Shown one piece after another: positions 1 through 11,654 of a stretch of DNA of 64,000 bases (position 1 is the first letter of the stretch; each line of letters starts with the position of its first letter). The DNA is from Octopus vulgaris (Eukaryota). The stretch covers positions 101,742,001 through 101,806,000 of the forward strand of contig OX597815.1 in assembly GCA_951406725.2 (NCBI GenBank), in the 5' to 3' direction. The position numbers and the translations under genes were made by a program. Under the pieces are notes generated by a model. That model had not been told where the DNA came from and did no database searches. It saw nothing but the letters and a program-made list of their open reading frames with translations.

Positions 1-522
1 GATACAATTCCAGATATAAATGAAGTTGTGAACTATCCTCCTGAATTTCTCAATTCACTGGAGCCTCCTGGACTACCTCCACACATATTAGCACTTAAAG
101 TTGGAACTCCTGTACTGCTACTCCGCAACCTGGAACCACCAAGACTTTGCAATGGAACACGACTGGTGATAAAGAAAATGATGTCACACGTTATCGAGGC
201 GATCATTCTTTCTGGATGTGGAAAAGGTGATGACGTCTTTATTCCAAGAATTCCTCTTACTCCATCAGGAGCAGAAATTCCATTTACATTCAGAAGACTG
301 CAAATCCCCCTTCGTGTCAGCTCTGCCATGTCCATTAACAAATCTCAGGGTCAAACCCTCTCTGTAGCTGGTCTTCTCTTGGAAGAGCCCTGCTTCTCGC
401 ATGGGCAACTGTATGCTGGCTGCTCAAGAGTAGGAACCAAAAGAAACCTCCACAAGGAAAAACAAGGAACATTGTTTACAACGAGGTGTTATAATCTCAA
501 CAGCCAGGAGGTATATAAGTGA
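1..522 (+). mobile_element. Helitron RepHel C-terminal PIF1-type helicase fragment (frame open from window start)
   Basis: Translation contains PIF1/Helitron helicase motifs [62 protein letters not shown]; a Helitron 3' terminus follows at 680-706. Confidence 0.93.
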
Positions 523-580
523 TCCCCTTTTTTTTTTTTTAACAAACTTCATGTACTTTCATGTATTTATATTAATATAC

Positions 581-634
<54 letters not shown>

Positions 635-679
635 CCATATATATATAACAGAAAAGTCTAATTCTTCAATTGAATGTAA

Positions 680-706
680 CCGGGCAACGCCGGGTATCTC
701 TGCTAG
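680..706 (+). mobile_element. Helitron 3' terminus (GC hairpin + CTAG)
   Basis: CCGGGCAACGCCGGG hairpin, 8-nt spacer, CTAG (703-706) followed by T. Confidence 0.85.
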
Positions 707-714
707 TATATATA

Positions 715-1213
715 CATGGAAAAATGCAAGCATGAAAAGTAATATTCTTAAGATTATAAACCTGGAAAAGTACGGGACAAGTTATTACACCTGTAAACGT
801 ATAGGACAAACTACTACTTCAAGTAAAATAAAGAATAAGAAACTTTTTACTTAAAATATTGCACCAAAGAATGCCACTTCTAATTTATCACTCTTTAGAG
901 TTCTCATCTTTTATTGCGCAAAACAGTTCAGCTAATTTGCAAGTTTTTCTAATTAGTCACTATTTTCTGTATTTAAAGTAGTAAAGTAGCCAAATTGTAC
1001 TTAAATATGTATAGTGTTATTTGAAAACTATAATAAAATAATTTTTAATATTCAAATTTTAATTTTAGCTGCAATATTTTAAGTAAAAAGTTTCTTATTC
1101 TTTACTTGAAGTAATAGCTTGTCCTATACTCTTACAGGTGTAATAACTTGTCCTGTACTTTTCCAGGTTTATAATCTTAAGAATCTTACTTTTCATGCTT
1201 GCATTTTCCCATG
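715..1213. mobile_element. MITE/foldback element with ~145-bp terminal inverted repeats
   Basis: 715-863 (CATGGAAAAATGCAAGCATGAAAAGT...AAAATATTGCA) is the near reverse complement of 1070-1213. Confidence 0.85.
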
Positions 1214-2265
1214 CAATCCATGATTTTTCCAGACATTGCTGTTATAAGATAAGTAATAATGTGTCAATAATTTAAGATTTTACCTTATACAATACTGAAA
1301 AATAATATTTCAATTTATCCATGTTGAATTTAAATATATGTTGTGATTGAATTATTTGATATTACCCATTTACACCAAATTTATGGCAGGGATTTTTACC
1401 ATGTTGTTCGTTGCACCATGGATCACCAAAAATTACAAACAACAAGATCTCAAAACGATCAGTTACCAGGCTCACCTTAAGTAACCAAATTTTGCAATAT
1501 TAGGTCACAGGAAATCATTCAACGAAAAAATATTTCCATCGATTCCGGGATTGGGAGAGTGAACCCCACCTAATTTTTTCCAAACCAAAATAAGGAATTT
1601 GCAGCACATTAGGAGGTCAAGGTCTTGATACCACGCAAAAAAAAAATTTTTTTTTTCTTAGTGAAAATCGTGCGGGTGTTAATATAGAAATTGACTATAA
1701 TGTTATTTAGCCTCAAATCAACCCTGATACTGAAAACGTATCATCAAAGACATTCCAACCTTCAGCAAACCGTCTTTTTAGGGATAATCTAGGACATTAC
1801 ATACAATGGGCGTGTGGTTTAGGTAGGGGGCTACTTTGTCTGCTATTTTTAACGTGTGGAGCGACCAGGTAGAGGCTCCTTCATTGTTGCGTGATAAGAT
1901 TTTTTTTTACACATTTATGTAATATGTATATATATCAGCGGCAGAAGTTAGAGAGTAAGTCAAAAACTGAGAGTTTCGTGTACTGGTACTTATCAAACAC
2001 GAATTTGTCCATTGTCACTCTGTAACTTCAGACGAAATAACTTCTAAAGTACAAAATGTTATCCAAAACGTTAAGAGTAAACCCTGTTCTATGTGACACA
2101 TTCTACCAGTAACGGAAGTTTGAAAGTGTTTAGTTAAAAAAAAAATTAATTAAAAGGACACACACAATATGGTCAAAACATCACATTGTCTCAGAGATCG
2201 CTTACATCATTGAATTGTGTCAAAATAGTGGGGGGTATTGTCTAATTATGGAAAACAACAGCGAT

Positions 2266-2923
2266 CCAAAAATTTTCCTCAAAAATTTTTGAAAAATTTT
2301 CCCCAAAAATTTTGGAAAAATTTTTTGAAAATTTTCCCCAAAAATTTTTGAAAAAGTGTTTGAGAATTTTGCCCCAAATTTTAGAAAAATTTTTTGAGAA
2401 TTTTCCCCCAAATTTTAGAAAAATTTTTTTGAAAATTTTCCCCAAAATTTTAGAAAAAGTTTTTGAAAATTTACCCCAAAAATTTTTCAAAAACTTTTTT
2501 GAAGATTTTCCCCAAAACTGAAAAAAAATTTTTGAAAATTCTTTGAAAATTTCCCAAATTTTAGAAAAATTTTTGAAAATTTTCTCCAAAAATTTTTCGA
2601 AAAAGTTTTGAAAATTTTCCAAAAATTTTTCGAAAAAGTTTTTGGGAAAATTTTTGAAAATTTTTGAGGAAAATTTTCGAAAAATTTTTCAAAAATTCTT
2701 TGGGAAAATTTTCAAAAAATTTTCCTAAATTTTTGGGGAAAATTTTCAAAAATTTTTGAGGAAAATTTTCAAAAAATTTTTCAAAAATTTTTGTGGAAAT
2801 TTTTCAAAAGACTTTTCAAAATTCTTTGTGGAAAATTTTCAGAAATTTTTAAGGAAAATTTTAAAAAATATTTAAAAAAAATTTTTCAAAAATTTTTGGG
2901 GAAAATTTTCAAAAAATTTTTTT
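2266..2923. repeat. A/T-tract minisatellite (GAAAATTTTC-type units) arranged as an inverted array
   Basis: Left half AAAATTTTCCCCAAAAATTTTTG units; right half is the reverse complement (AAAAATTTTTGGGGAAAATTTTC); pivot near TTTTCGAAAA at 2631/2632. Confidence 0.9.
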
Positions 2924-3424
2924 GCTGACGATCCATTTATTTAACAACAAAGAGGTGAGTAGCAATTTGTCAGTGAATTGCACAATATAAATGGGTAGAA
3001 TTTCCACCACACCCACTCTGTTTCACGGACCACAAAAAGGGTTTTGTAGCATATTAGGAGGCCAGAGTAGTTGATTCCACGCAAAAAAACCCCATTATTT
3101 TCCGTAGTGAAAATCGTGCGAGTGTTAATCTACAAGTTTAACAACATTTTTCCATTCATTTCTGTTTATGAACATGCACAAAACATGCAATAGGTGTACG
3201 TACGTACATGTGTGTTCGTGTCTGTTGCCCATATATATTTATATTATGTTATATTATATTATATTATATTATATTATATTATATTATATTATATTATATT
3301 ATATTATATATATATAATATATATATAATATAACCAATTTCAACCGATTTTGCCCAAATTTGACGTCGATATTATTTAGTTTGGTTTGAAATAAAGAACT
3401 TGATTAGCTTAATTATCGTAGCTT

Positions 3425-3455
3425 AATCCCGGGCAAGGCCGGGTTATACTGCTAG
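3425..3455 (+). mobile_element. Second Helitron 3' terminus (non-autonomous element end)
   Basis: AATCCCGGGCAAGGCCGGGTT hairpin, then ATACTG, CTAG (3452-3455), T; same motif as 680-706. Confidence 0.8.
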
Positions 3456-3672
3456 TATGTATATATATATATATATATATATGTATGCATATATATATAC
3501 ATATATATAAATACACACACACACACACACACACATTCACACATATATATATATATAATTATACATTTTCTTTAGAAAAGCATAGAAAGCATGTAAGTGC
3601 TCGAATACAACCTGAGACGCCAGACAAGTACGAGAGATGCAGAGAAGTTCAATACAGACATATATATATATG

Positions 3673-3721
<49 letters not shown>

Positions 3722-3724
3722 ACT

Positions 3725-3762
<38 letters not shown>

Positions 3763-4286
3763 TACATACATACATACATATGTGCATACATATATATATA
3801 CATACATACATACATACATACATACATACATACATACATACATACATACGTAGAAACGGGCCCTTTCTCTGTTGGCAAGAAATCCAGAAATAAAACTGAA
3901 TAATGACATACGTATAGATCTATATAAACATATATAGATATATGCAACCGATATATCGTACAGCTTGCATTGGAGGACTCTGCTGTCCTCAGCTGCAGTA
4001 CACTCATACGCACGCATACGCACATACACACACACATGCACAAACGCACACATACACAAACACACACACGCATAAACATGCATACACACAAGGACGTACA
4101 CACGCGCGCACACACACAAATAGTGTATTAAAGGTAGCATACTGATTTATATTATATAAATTCAAAAATTATATACAATAATGCTTAAAATATCAATGTG
4201 TGTATGTATGTATGTATGTATGTATGTATGTATGTATGTATGTATGTATCTATCTATCTATCTGTCTGTATGTCTGTCTGTCTGTC

Positions 4287-4349
<63 letters not shown>

Positions 4350-4394
4350 TTGTCTGTCTGTCTGTTGGTCTGCTCATGCCTTTTGTGTGATTGC

Positions 4395-4428
<34 letters not shown>

Positions 4429-4803
4429 ATGTGTACATATGTGTGTGTGTATATATGCATGTATATAAACGTACGTGCGTGTGTCGTACGCGCGTTTGCG
4501 GAGGTGAGTGAGAGAGTGTGTGTGTGTGTGTGCGTGTGTGTGTACTATTGTGACAGTGTCGTATTAATATTTTGAATGCATATGTTCACCCTGTCAGGAA
4601 ATCTTTCTCAGTCGCATCAAACAGATATTAAAAATTCAGACACATTCATAAATATGCAAGCTTACGTAAGTTGTCATGAGGCACACGAGCATCAGCACCG
4701 CCGCTGCACGTCTCTATACGTTGGTATATGTTGATGTGCGTCTATGGCTTTACGCCTGTGTCTGCGTTTCTATGCGTGTATATGTATGTGTGTGTGTATG
4801 AAT

Positions 4804-4829
<26 letters not shown>

Positions 4830-4865
<36 letters not shown>

Positions 4866-5400
4866 TTGTGTGTGCGTATGTGTTTAAAAACATATATAGC
4901 GTATATATACACCTATATACATATTTATGTCTATATGTATATCTATATATGTATGTCTGTATATATATACACACATACATACACCTATATATGCTATTTG
5001 TATATACGTGTGTGTGTGTGTGTGCAGGTGTGTGTATGTATGTGTATGTGCGTATGTGTATAAAAACATATATAGCGTATATAGACATCTATATACATAT
5101 TTATGTCCATATGTATATTTATATATATATATATGTAGGTATATATACACACACACACACACATGCACCTATATATGCTATTTGTATATACGTGTGTGTG
5201 TGTGTGTGTGCAGGTGTGTGTATGTATGTGTATGTGCGTATGTGTATAAAAACATATATAGCGTATATAGACATCTATATACATATTTATGTCCATATGT
5301 ATATTTATATATATATATATGTAGGTATATATATATACACACACACACATGCACCTATATATGCTATTTGTATATACTTGTGTGTGTGTGTGCGTGCGCG
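4830..5400. repeat. Higher-order tandem repeat (~180 bp x3) built from compound microsatellite
   Basis: TGTGCGTATGTGT(T/A)TAAAAACATATATAGCGTATAT recurs at ~4871, ~5047 and ~5233. Confidence 0.85.
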
Positions 5401-6483
5401 CGCGCCTTGGTATAGACTTACATTTAACACATTCATGTACACACGGACGGGGAAAGAACTTCGCTGCGAAAATTGCCTTAATGAAAATTTTCCGTATTCG
5501 GAAAGATATACTTCACTGACCTTATAAACGATGTCATCGAGCTGTATGACGCATGCATTTATCTGTCGTTATGCTTCATCAGTCATGGATATCAAATCTT
5601 GCGTTGAAAGCCTACTAGGGAAAAGCCAGTCCGCTGATATCTCCTTACAAACATTGCAGTTAAAGAGAATTCTTCTTCCGAGAGGATTTCCGAAGCGAAG
5701 TTCTTTCGACACGAACGTGTTTAATACATGTGTACACACATACTTCAGGTAACATCTTATATATATCAACAAAAAGTAAATTACACCACATATACATACG
5801 GTTTGTGATCATGTTTTATTAAAGCGGTGAGTCCAACAAAATACATTTGCTACGTTCGAGAATTTTTCTACATCGTTTATGCGCTTATTTTTATATCAGC
5901 ATAATCACATTCTCCTCTGCAAACCGGTATATAATCAGTATAACATACTTCTGCAATCTCTGAAGAATTCCTCAACAAATCAAAGTGTTTTTTGTTAGAC
6001 TCACCGCTTTAATAACACACACGCACATACGCACGCGCGCACACACTCATAAATGTGCTTTGATACACATACACATAGATATTACATACATGTGTATATG
6101 CATGCATACTTATTTCATATGTGATGTGAAGAGAGAGAGAGATGTACAGAATAACAATTACAATCTTCACACAAAACTATATTTTCTCAGTCCTTCTCAG
6201 ATCTAAGAAGGACAGATTAGACAATATGTTTAGCGAGGAAGTATCACAAAACTGAAGCGCATCAAGATCTGTCGCCATACTCACAAGATTAGCTTAATAA
6301 CTATTGCTTATCTTTAAATGTTTGTCACCTTCAATTTCAGCTTTTTCTTCCGTACCTTCATTAACAAGAAATGTCAAAGACGTAGACAGACACCTACGCA
6401 TACATACACATATATTCCAACACGCGCGCGCACACAAACACATATTCACAACACACACACATTCACACATACACGCCTACGCC

Positions 6484-6524
<41 letters not shown>

Positions 6525-6619
6525 AGGTATGATAAACATAAGATGCATTTTATATCTTTTGTGCGTCACACTCGTTTCGCATTTGTAACTATTTACATCC
6601 CCAATAATGTTTGTTCATA

Positions 6620-6760
6620 CAGTATTTGGATGCAGATTTACACCGGATTTACAAAGTTTTGGTCGGCACGTGGCTATAAAAGACATTTTCTGAAGGTGCT
6701 ACGCAGTGGGATTGAACACGGAGCTATGTGGTTGGGAAGCAAATACTTATCATACAGCCT
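6620..6760 (-). mobile_element. Degraded tRNA-derived SINE head (CORE-like family)
   Basis: Reverse complement resembles the SINE head at 11096-11245 (GGCTGTATGATAAGTATTTGCTTCCCAACCACAT...GTTCAATCCCACTGCGT). Confidence 0.7.
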
Positions 6761-8621
6761 GCATCTGGTTGTGTTACTTTGGTATTGGAATTCCATCTTT
6801 CTGAGGAATGTGGGACCTCTTAGCCACTTTTTTTTCCCAGATCTGCTCAGACCCGGGGTAATAGTACCTGTGAGTGTTTCATCTATGGATTAATTAACGT
6901 ATGTGATGTTCGAGTGCGACTACGCAGACATACCCTTGGTTGGTATCAGGGCACATAGTAAAACACCAGGAGTGAGGGATCCCTAGTTAATGTCACAACA
7001 ACCTTCTAGGAACGGGACACTGATGTAAAACCTGAAGTTTCATGTGATTACCAATCATCTGTCACTAGACACTAATCACAGAGACTCAGAAAGTGGTGTT
7101 CGTTTTGCACAAACGTTTATCACCGCAATCCAGTAACATACAAATGTTTCTTTGTGGTGACTTCATTTGTCATTCAATCTATATCGATGGAAGAGATGCG
7201 GCGTGTGCAGACCTAAACAGTTGGAAGTGCACTGTAAATTACAACTTCTGTCTGTCATCTATGCTTCAGAGCATGCAGATCTGCAACGGGATTAAGTAGT
7301 CGTTTGGGAGGTCACAGACGGAAAGTCAGAAATGCCATTAACAACGAGGAAGCTTAAGGGGGCAACAATAATCTGTGATGATGGAGCAGTCACCTTATAT
7401 ATAGGTGCGACGGGAAATAACTCAGGGAAGAACTCTTCGAATGGTAGAAACTCACATGTGTAATATAGCGAGTTGAAAAATACGATTAAAGGGGATATAA
7501 ATTTGTCATACATACATCCAAAGTTAAAACCACATTGGATGTATAAAACATTAGTAATGCCTTTGACCATATGCCCACTTGATCAAATCTAATATACGAT
7601 AAAACTGAAACACAACACGTTTGTAGATTATTATATTAACCATGTTATATATTCACTCAGCTTTTCGACCCGTTTAATAGTGAGGTACTGCTATGATACT
7701 TAACGACACTCGTATCGAGGAGAATCGAATTCCGATTACCTGTTTAGTTGGTAGATATTGCAGAATAAACTGCAAAACGTACATTGATTTTGTCAATTAC
7801 CAATATACTTCTTTTTAAAAACTCCTATAGCGTTGTTTGCTGTATAAATTATTTTTAAAGGCTCAGCTAACGAAAAAATTAACAACGAAACTGGTGGGAG
7901 GAAAAGAGTAGGAAATTATCCTTAAACTAGCAGCCGGAAGCAAATAGTTGTGACTGAGCGGACTCCTTTAAATACACATACTGCGCTAGGTGGTGTGGTT
8001 AAACAGGGCGACAGATTAAAGCTATTATATAACAACAGGAGCATTCCCTGCGATGAACTAGTGCACAGGTTCGCTGCCGACCCAATTTCAGTTTTAACAC
8101 GATGTTCGAGCTGAGGCTGTGGTAGATGGTACGTGCCAAAGGTGCTACGGAGTAGCACGAAACCATCTCGTTGGAAGCGAACTTCTTAATGACATTGCTA
8201 TACCTGCGCATCCAGTAGACAGTTTTAAAAAGCTTTCTAATTACTCTTCATTGTAAAACCGATGTACCGAGAAAAAGTGATGAAGTTCTTGCATGCCCAC
8301 TCTAACGTTCACATTGCAGTTTCTCAAAACAGAATTTAAATATAATATCAAGTGAATTTTAGGTAAGTCGTTTTATGTTTTATTTCATTAAATCGTTTAA
8401 TCGAACGTAGTGAACTGAATTGATTGCTATGAGGCAATGACTTTTCTAGAAAAACACGTACTGCTGCCATTACAGTGTGTCTATTAAAGTAAGGCAATTC
8501 AGTAATCATTAATTTTGCATTCAAATCGATATTTATCTGTAAGATAAAATACTTTTTTTGTAGATATGCATTCATGAATGGCTAATAATGACTATAATTA
8601 TAATAATGAGCTATACTTATA

Positions 8622-8710
<89 letters not shown>

Positions 8711-8735
8711 CCTACCTACCTACCTACCTACCTAC

Positions 8736-8788
<53 letters not shown>

Positions 8789-8817
8789 GGTCTGTCTGTC
8801 TGTCTGCCTGCCTTTCG

Positions 8818-8883
<66 letters not shown>

Positions 8884-8975
8884 GTGTGTCAGAGTGCGTG
8901 TGCGTACGTTCGTGTGTATGTATACTTGTGCACATCAATAATATATAGATGTATGTATACGAATATATATATATG

Positions 8976-9028
<53 letters not shown>

Positions 9029-9079
9029 GTATATATATATATATTTATACGTATACATACACACGAACGCACCCCCACG

Positions 9080-9127
<48 letters not shown>

Positions 9128-9340
9128 TGTCATGGATATACATATCGTTCATACACACATATATACAAAACCAGATATCTGTGAATAGTTGTGTCATTAT
9201 ATATTTACTATCTAGTGTGTGTATTGCAGATATGCGCATGCGTGTAAAATTCTTATGATGACTCCCTCCAGCAGAACAAACAGTTTGAAGTAGACAGAAA
9301 ATAAATGTGTTTGTACATGCATAAATATATAATTGTACAA

Positions 9341-9453
<113 letters not shown>

Positions 9454-9469
9454 TACACACATACAAAAG

Positions 9470-9812
9470 ACAGATGGATTGAGAAATGTCGATCAAGTGA
9501 TCGTGAACTGCAACAACAGCTGGAAGTTGATCCGCATCTTTTTTTGAAGATCATCATTGGTGACGAAAAGTAGTGTTACGGAATTTGCAGATGTGGAAGA
9601 GGTGAAGAAAAAAAAAAACAAGGAAGGAGTTAAAAGGCATCGCTTAACAAGAGTTCCAACACTACACTGCCGACTTCGAACAGTGGAAAAACGCGTCAGG
9701 ACCGATGCACTGTTTCAAATGGAAAATACTTCGAAGGCGATAAAAGTGTAAACATGTAAAACTAAGTGAATGAAATATATTGCAAAGCTCAGGTTTCTTT
9801 TGGGTACCCCTT
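9470..9812 (+). mobile_element. Mariner transposon relic, internally deleted
   Basis: KIIIGDEK (first catalytic D region) joined to the C-terminus FADVEEVKKK...FEQWKTRQDRC--SNGKYFEGDK. Confidence 0.75.
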
Positions 9813-9838
9813 AGTACATACATAAATACATCGTCATT

Positions 9839-10123
9839 GTGTGGAAGCATTCCGTCGGTTACGACGATGAGGGTTCCGGTTGATCCGAATCAACGGAACA
9901 GCCTGCTCGTGAAATTAACGTGTAAGTGGCTGAGCACTTCACAGACACGTGTACCCTTAACGTAGTTCTCGGGGATATTCAGCGTGACACAGAGAGTGAC
10001 AAGGGCGGCCCTTTGAAATACAGGTACAACAGAAACAGGAAGTAAAAGTGAGAGAAAGTTGTGGTGAAAGAGTACAGCAGGGATCACCACCATCCCCTGC
10101 CAGAGCCTCGTGGAGCTTTTAGG
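9839..10123 (-). mobile_element. 5'-truncated SINE body with 11-bp target-site duplication
   Basis: ACATCGTCATT at 9828-9838 and 10124-10134; shares GTGGTGAAAGAGTACAGCAGGGATCACC...GCCTCGTGGAGC with the tRNA-headed SINE at 24860-25127. Confidence 0.8.
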
Positions 10124-10247
10124 ACATCGTCATTAGTACATACAGAAACATACATACATACATGTTCCACAATTTATAACTGTTGTCAACTGTGGAAGAT
10201 TAGGTAGTTTTGGTGAAGTATTGTGTGGTATAACTTCTAACGAGATT

Positions 10248-10540
10248 AGTTGTGTAAGGCCAGAACAATGCGAGGTGGTACAAAGTAAACTACAAAAGGA
10301 AAAGAACAGAAAACAAAGTTGCAGTTTAACCTTGTTTTACTTTGTTTTTCTATATTTCGTGCTATGATGCATTCTTCAGGACATTTGGAAAATGCATGAG
10401 ATGGAAAAGTCGTTGTACAGATGAATCTCGAAGTATAGAAATACAAGGCAAAAGTAGAACTTCGTTTTGTATTGTTTTATTTTATTTTCCTTTTGTAGCT
10501 TACTTTGTATCTTCTCATTTTGTTTTGGCCTTATACAGCA
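10248..10540. mobile_element. Degenerate foldback/MITE-like inverted repeat
   Basis: TAAGGCCAGAACAA...TACAAAGTAAACTACAAAAGGAAAA (10248-10320) versus TTTTCCTTTTGTAGCTTACTTTGTA...TTGTTTTGGCCTTA (10458-10540). Confidence 0.65.
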
Positions 10541-10629
10541 AATCTCTTTTAAATATATATATATATATATATAACAGAAATATTAAATTTCTAAATATCT
10601 CATAGAGATATGTACGGTGGTGGGGCGAT

Positions 10630-10785
10630 AGAGTGGTTGTATACTGTCAACTTAACGTGACAGTAAGGGAATTATAAGGACACAGGAAATGTGTCGAAGC
10701 CGACAGGAAGAGTCGATGCTTCCTAGGGCTAAACAGCGGTGGTGTAATTCCCTTACTGTTACGTTAAGTTGACAGTATACAACCA

Positions 10786-10789
<4 letters not shown>
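10630..10789. mobile_element. 160-bp MITE-like element with 45-bp near-perfect inverted arms
   Basis: AGAGTGGTTGTATACTGTCAACTTAACGTGACAGTAAGGGAATTA (10630-10674) versus 10745-10789, one mismatch. Confidence 0.85.
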
Positions 10790-10879
<90 letters not shown>

Positions 10880-10908
10880 CTAGCCTAAGTACCCGGCATC
10901 GCTCGAAA
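10880..10908 (-). mobile_element. Third Helitron 3' terminus
   Basis: Minus strand CGAGCGATGCCGGG-TACTTAGG-CTAG-T, a variant of the 680 and 3425 motif, abutting (TA)n. Confidence 0.65.
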
Positions 10909-10919
10909 GTTTAAATGGA

Positions 10920-10957
<38 letters not shown>

Positions 10958-11004
10958 CCAAAAAATACCATAGGAATGAGAACCGAGGTTCGAAATTTTT
11001 CTAA

Positions 11005-11050
11005 GACACCTGATGAAGGCTGGAGGTTATATCGGCCGAAACTTTGTGTT
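11005..11050 (+). ncRNA. Minimal type I hammerhead ribozyme motif (Penelope-type)
   Basis: GACAC-CTGATGA-A-GGCTG...CGGCC-GAAA-CTTT-GTGTT: stem I GACAC/GTGTT, stem II GGCTG/CGGCC, vestigial stem III. Confidence 0.75.
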
Positions 11051-11095
11051 AACAACAAACAAGATGAGGACAAATACCCGTCAAATGTAAATAAT

Positions 11096-11244
11096 GGCTG
11101 TATGGTAAGTAGCTTGCTTACCAGCCACATGGTTCCGGGTTCAGTCTCACTGGGTGGCACCTTGGGCAAGTGTCTTCTACTATAGCCTTGGTCCGACCAA
11201 AGACTTGTGAGTGGATTTTGTAGACAGAAACTGAAAGAAACCCG

Positions 11245-11283
<39 letters not shown>

Positions 11284-11510
11284 CGCGCGTGTGTGTGTAT
11301 GTGTGTGCCTGTGTTTGTCCCCCCAACATCGCTAGACATCCGATGTTGGTGTGTTTACGTCCCCGTAACTTAGCGGTTCGGCAAAAGAACCGATAGAATA
11401 AGTACCATGCTTACAAAGAATAAGTCCTGGGGTCAATTTGTTCGACTAAAGACGGTGCTCCAGCATGGTCGCAGTCAAATGACTGAAACATGTGAAACAA
11501 TAAAAGAATG
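11096..11510 (+). mobile_element. tRNA-derived SINE (CORE-like centre, internal microsatellite, LINE-like tail)
   Basis: A/B-box-like TGGCTGTATGG and GGTTCAGTCTC, CCTTGGGCAAGTGTC core-like motif, tail GGTGCTCCAGCATGGTCGCAGTCAAATGACTGAAAC; many copies in the window. Confidence 0.9.
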
Positions 11511-11522
11511 CATATATATACA

Positions 11523-11562
<40 letters not shown>

Positions 11563-11589
11563 TTTAGAGAGAGAGAGAGAGAGATAGAG

Positions 11590-11650
<61 letters not shown>

Positions 11651-11654
11651 CACA

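Noticed and set aside
2220-2749. F/K/N-rich ORFs on both strands
   Set aside because: Products of the A/T-tract minisatellite.
2266-2923. Possible heat-shock element array, as in nematode Helitrons
   Set aside because: The dominant motif is GAA-AATT-TTC (4-nt spacer), not GAAnnTTC.
7093-7299. ORF with LCGDF, reminiscent of a LINE endonuclease GDFN motif
   Set aside because: A single short motif; not enough to call.
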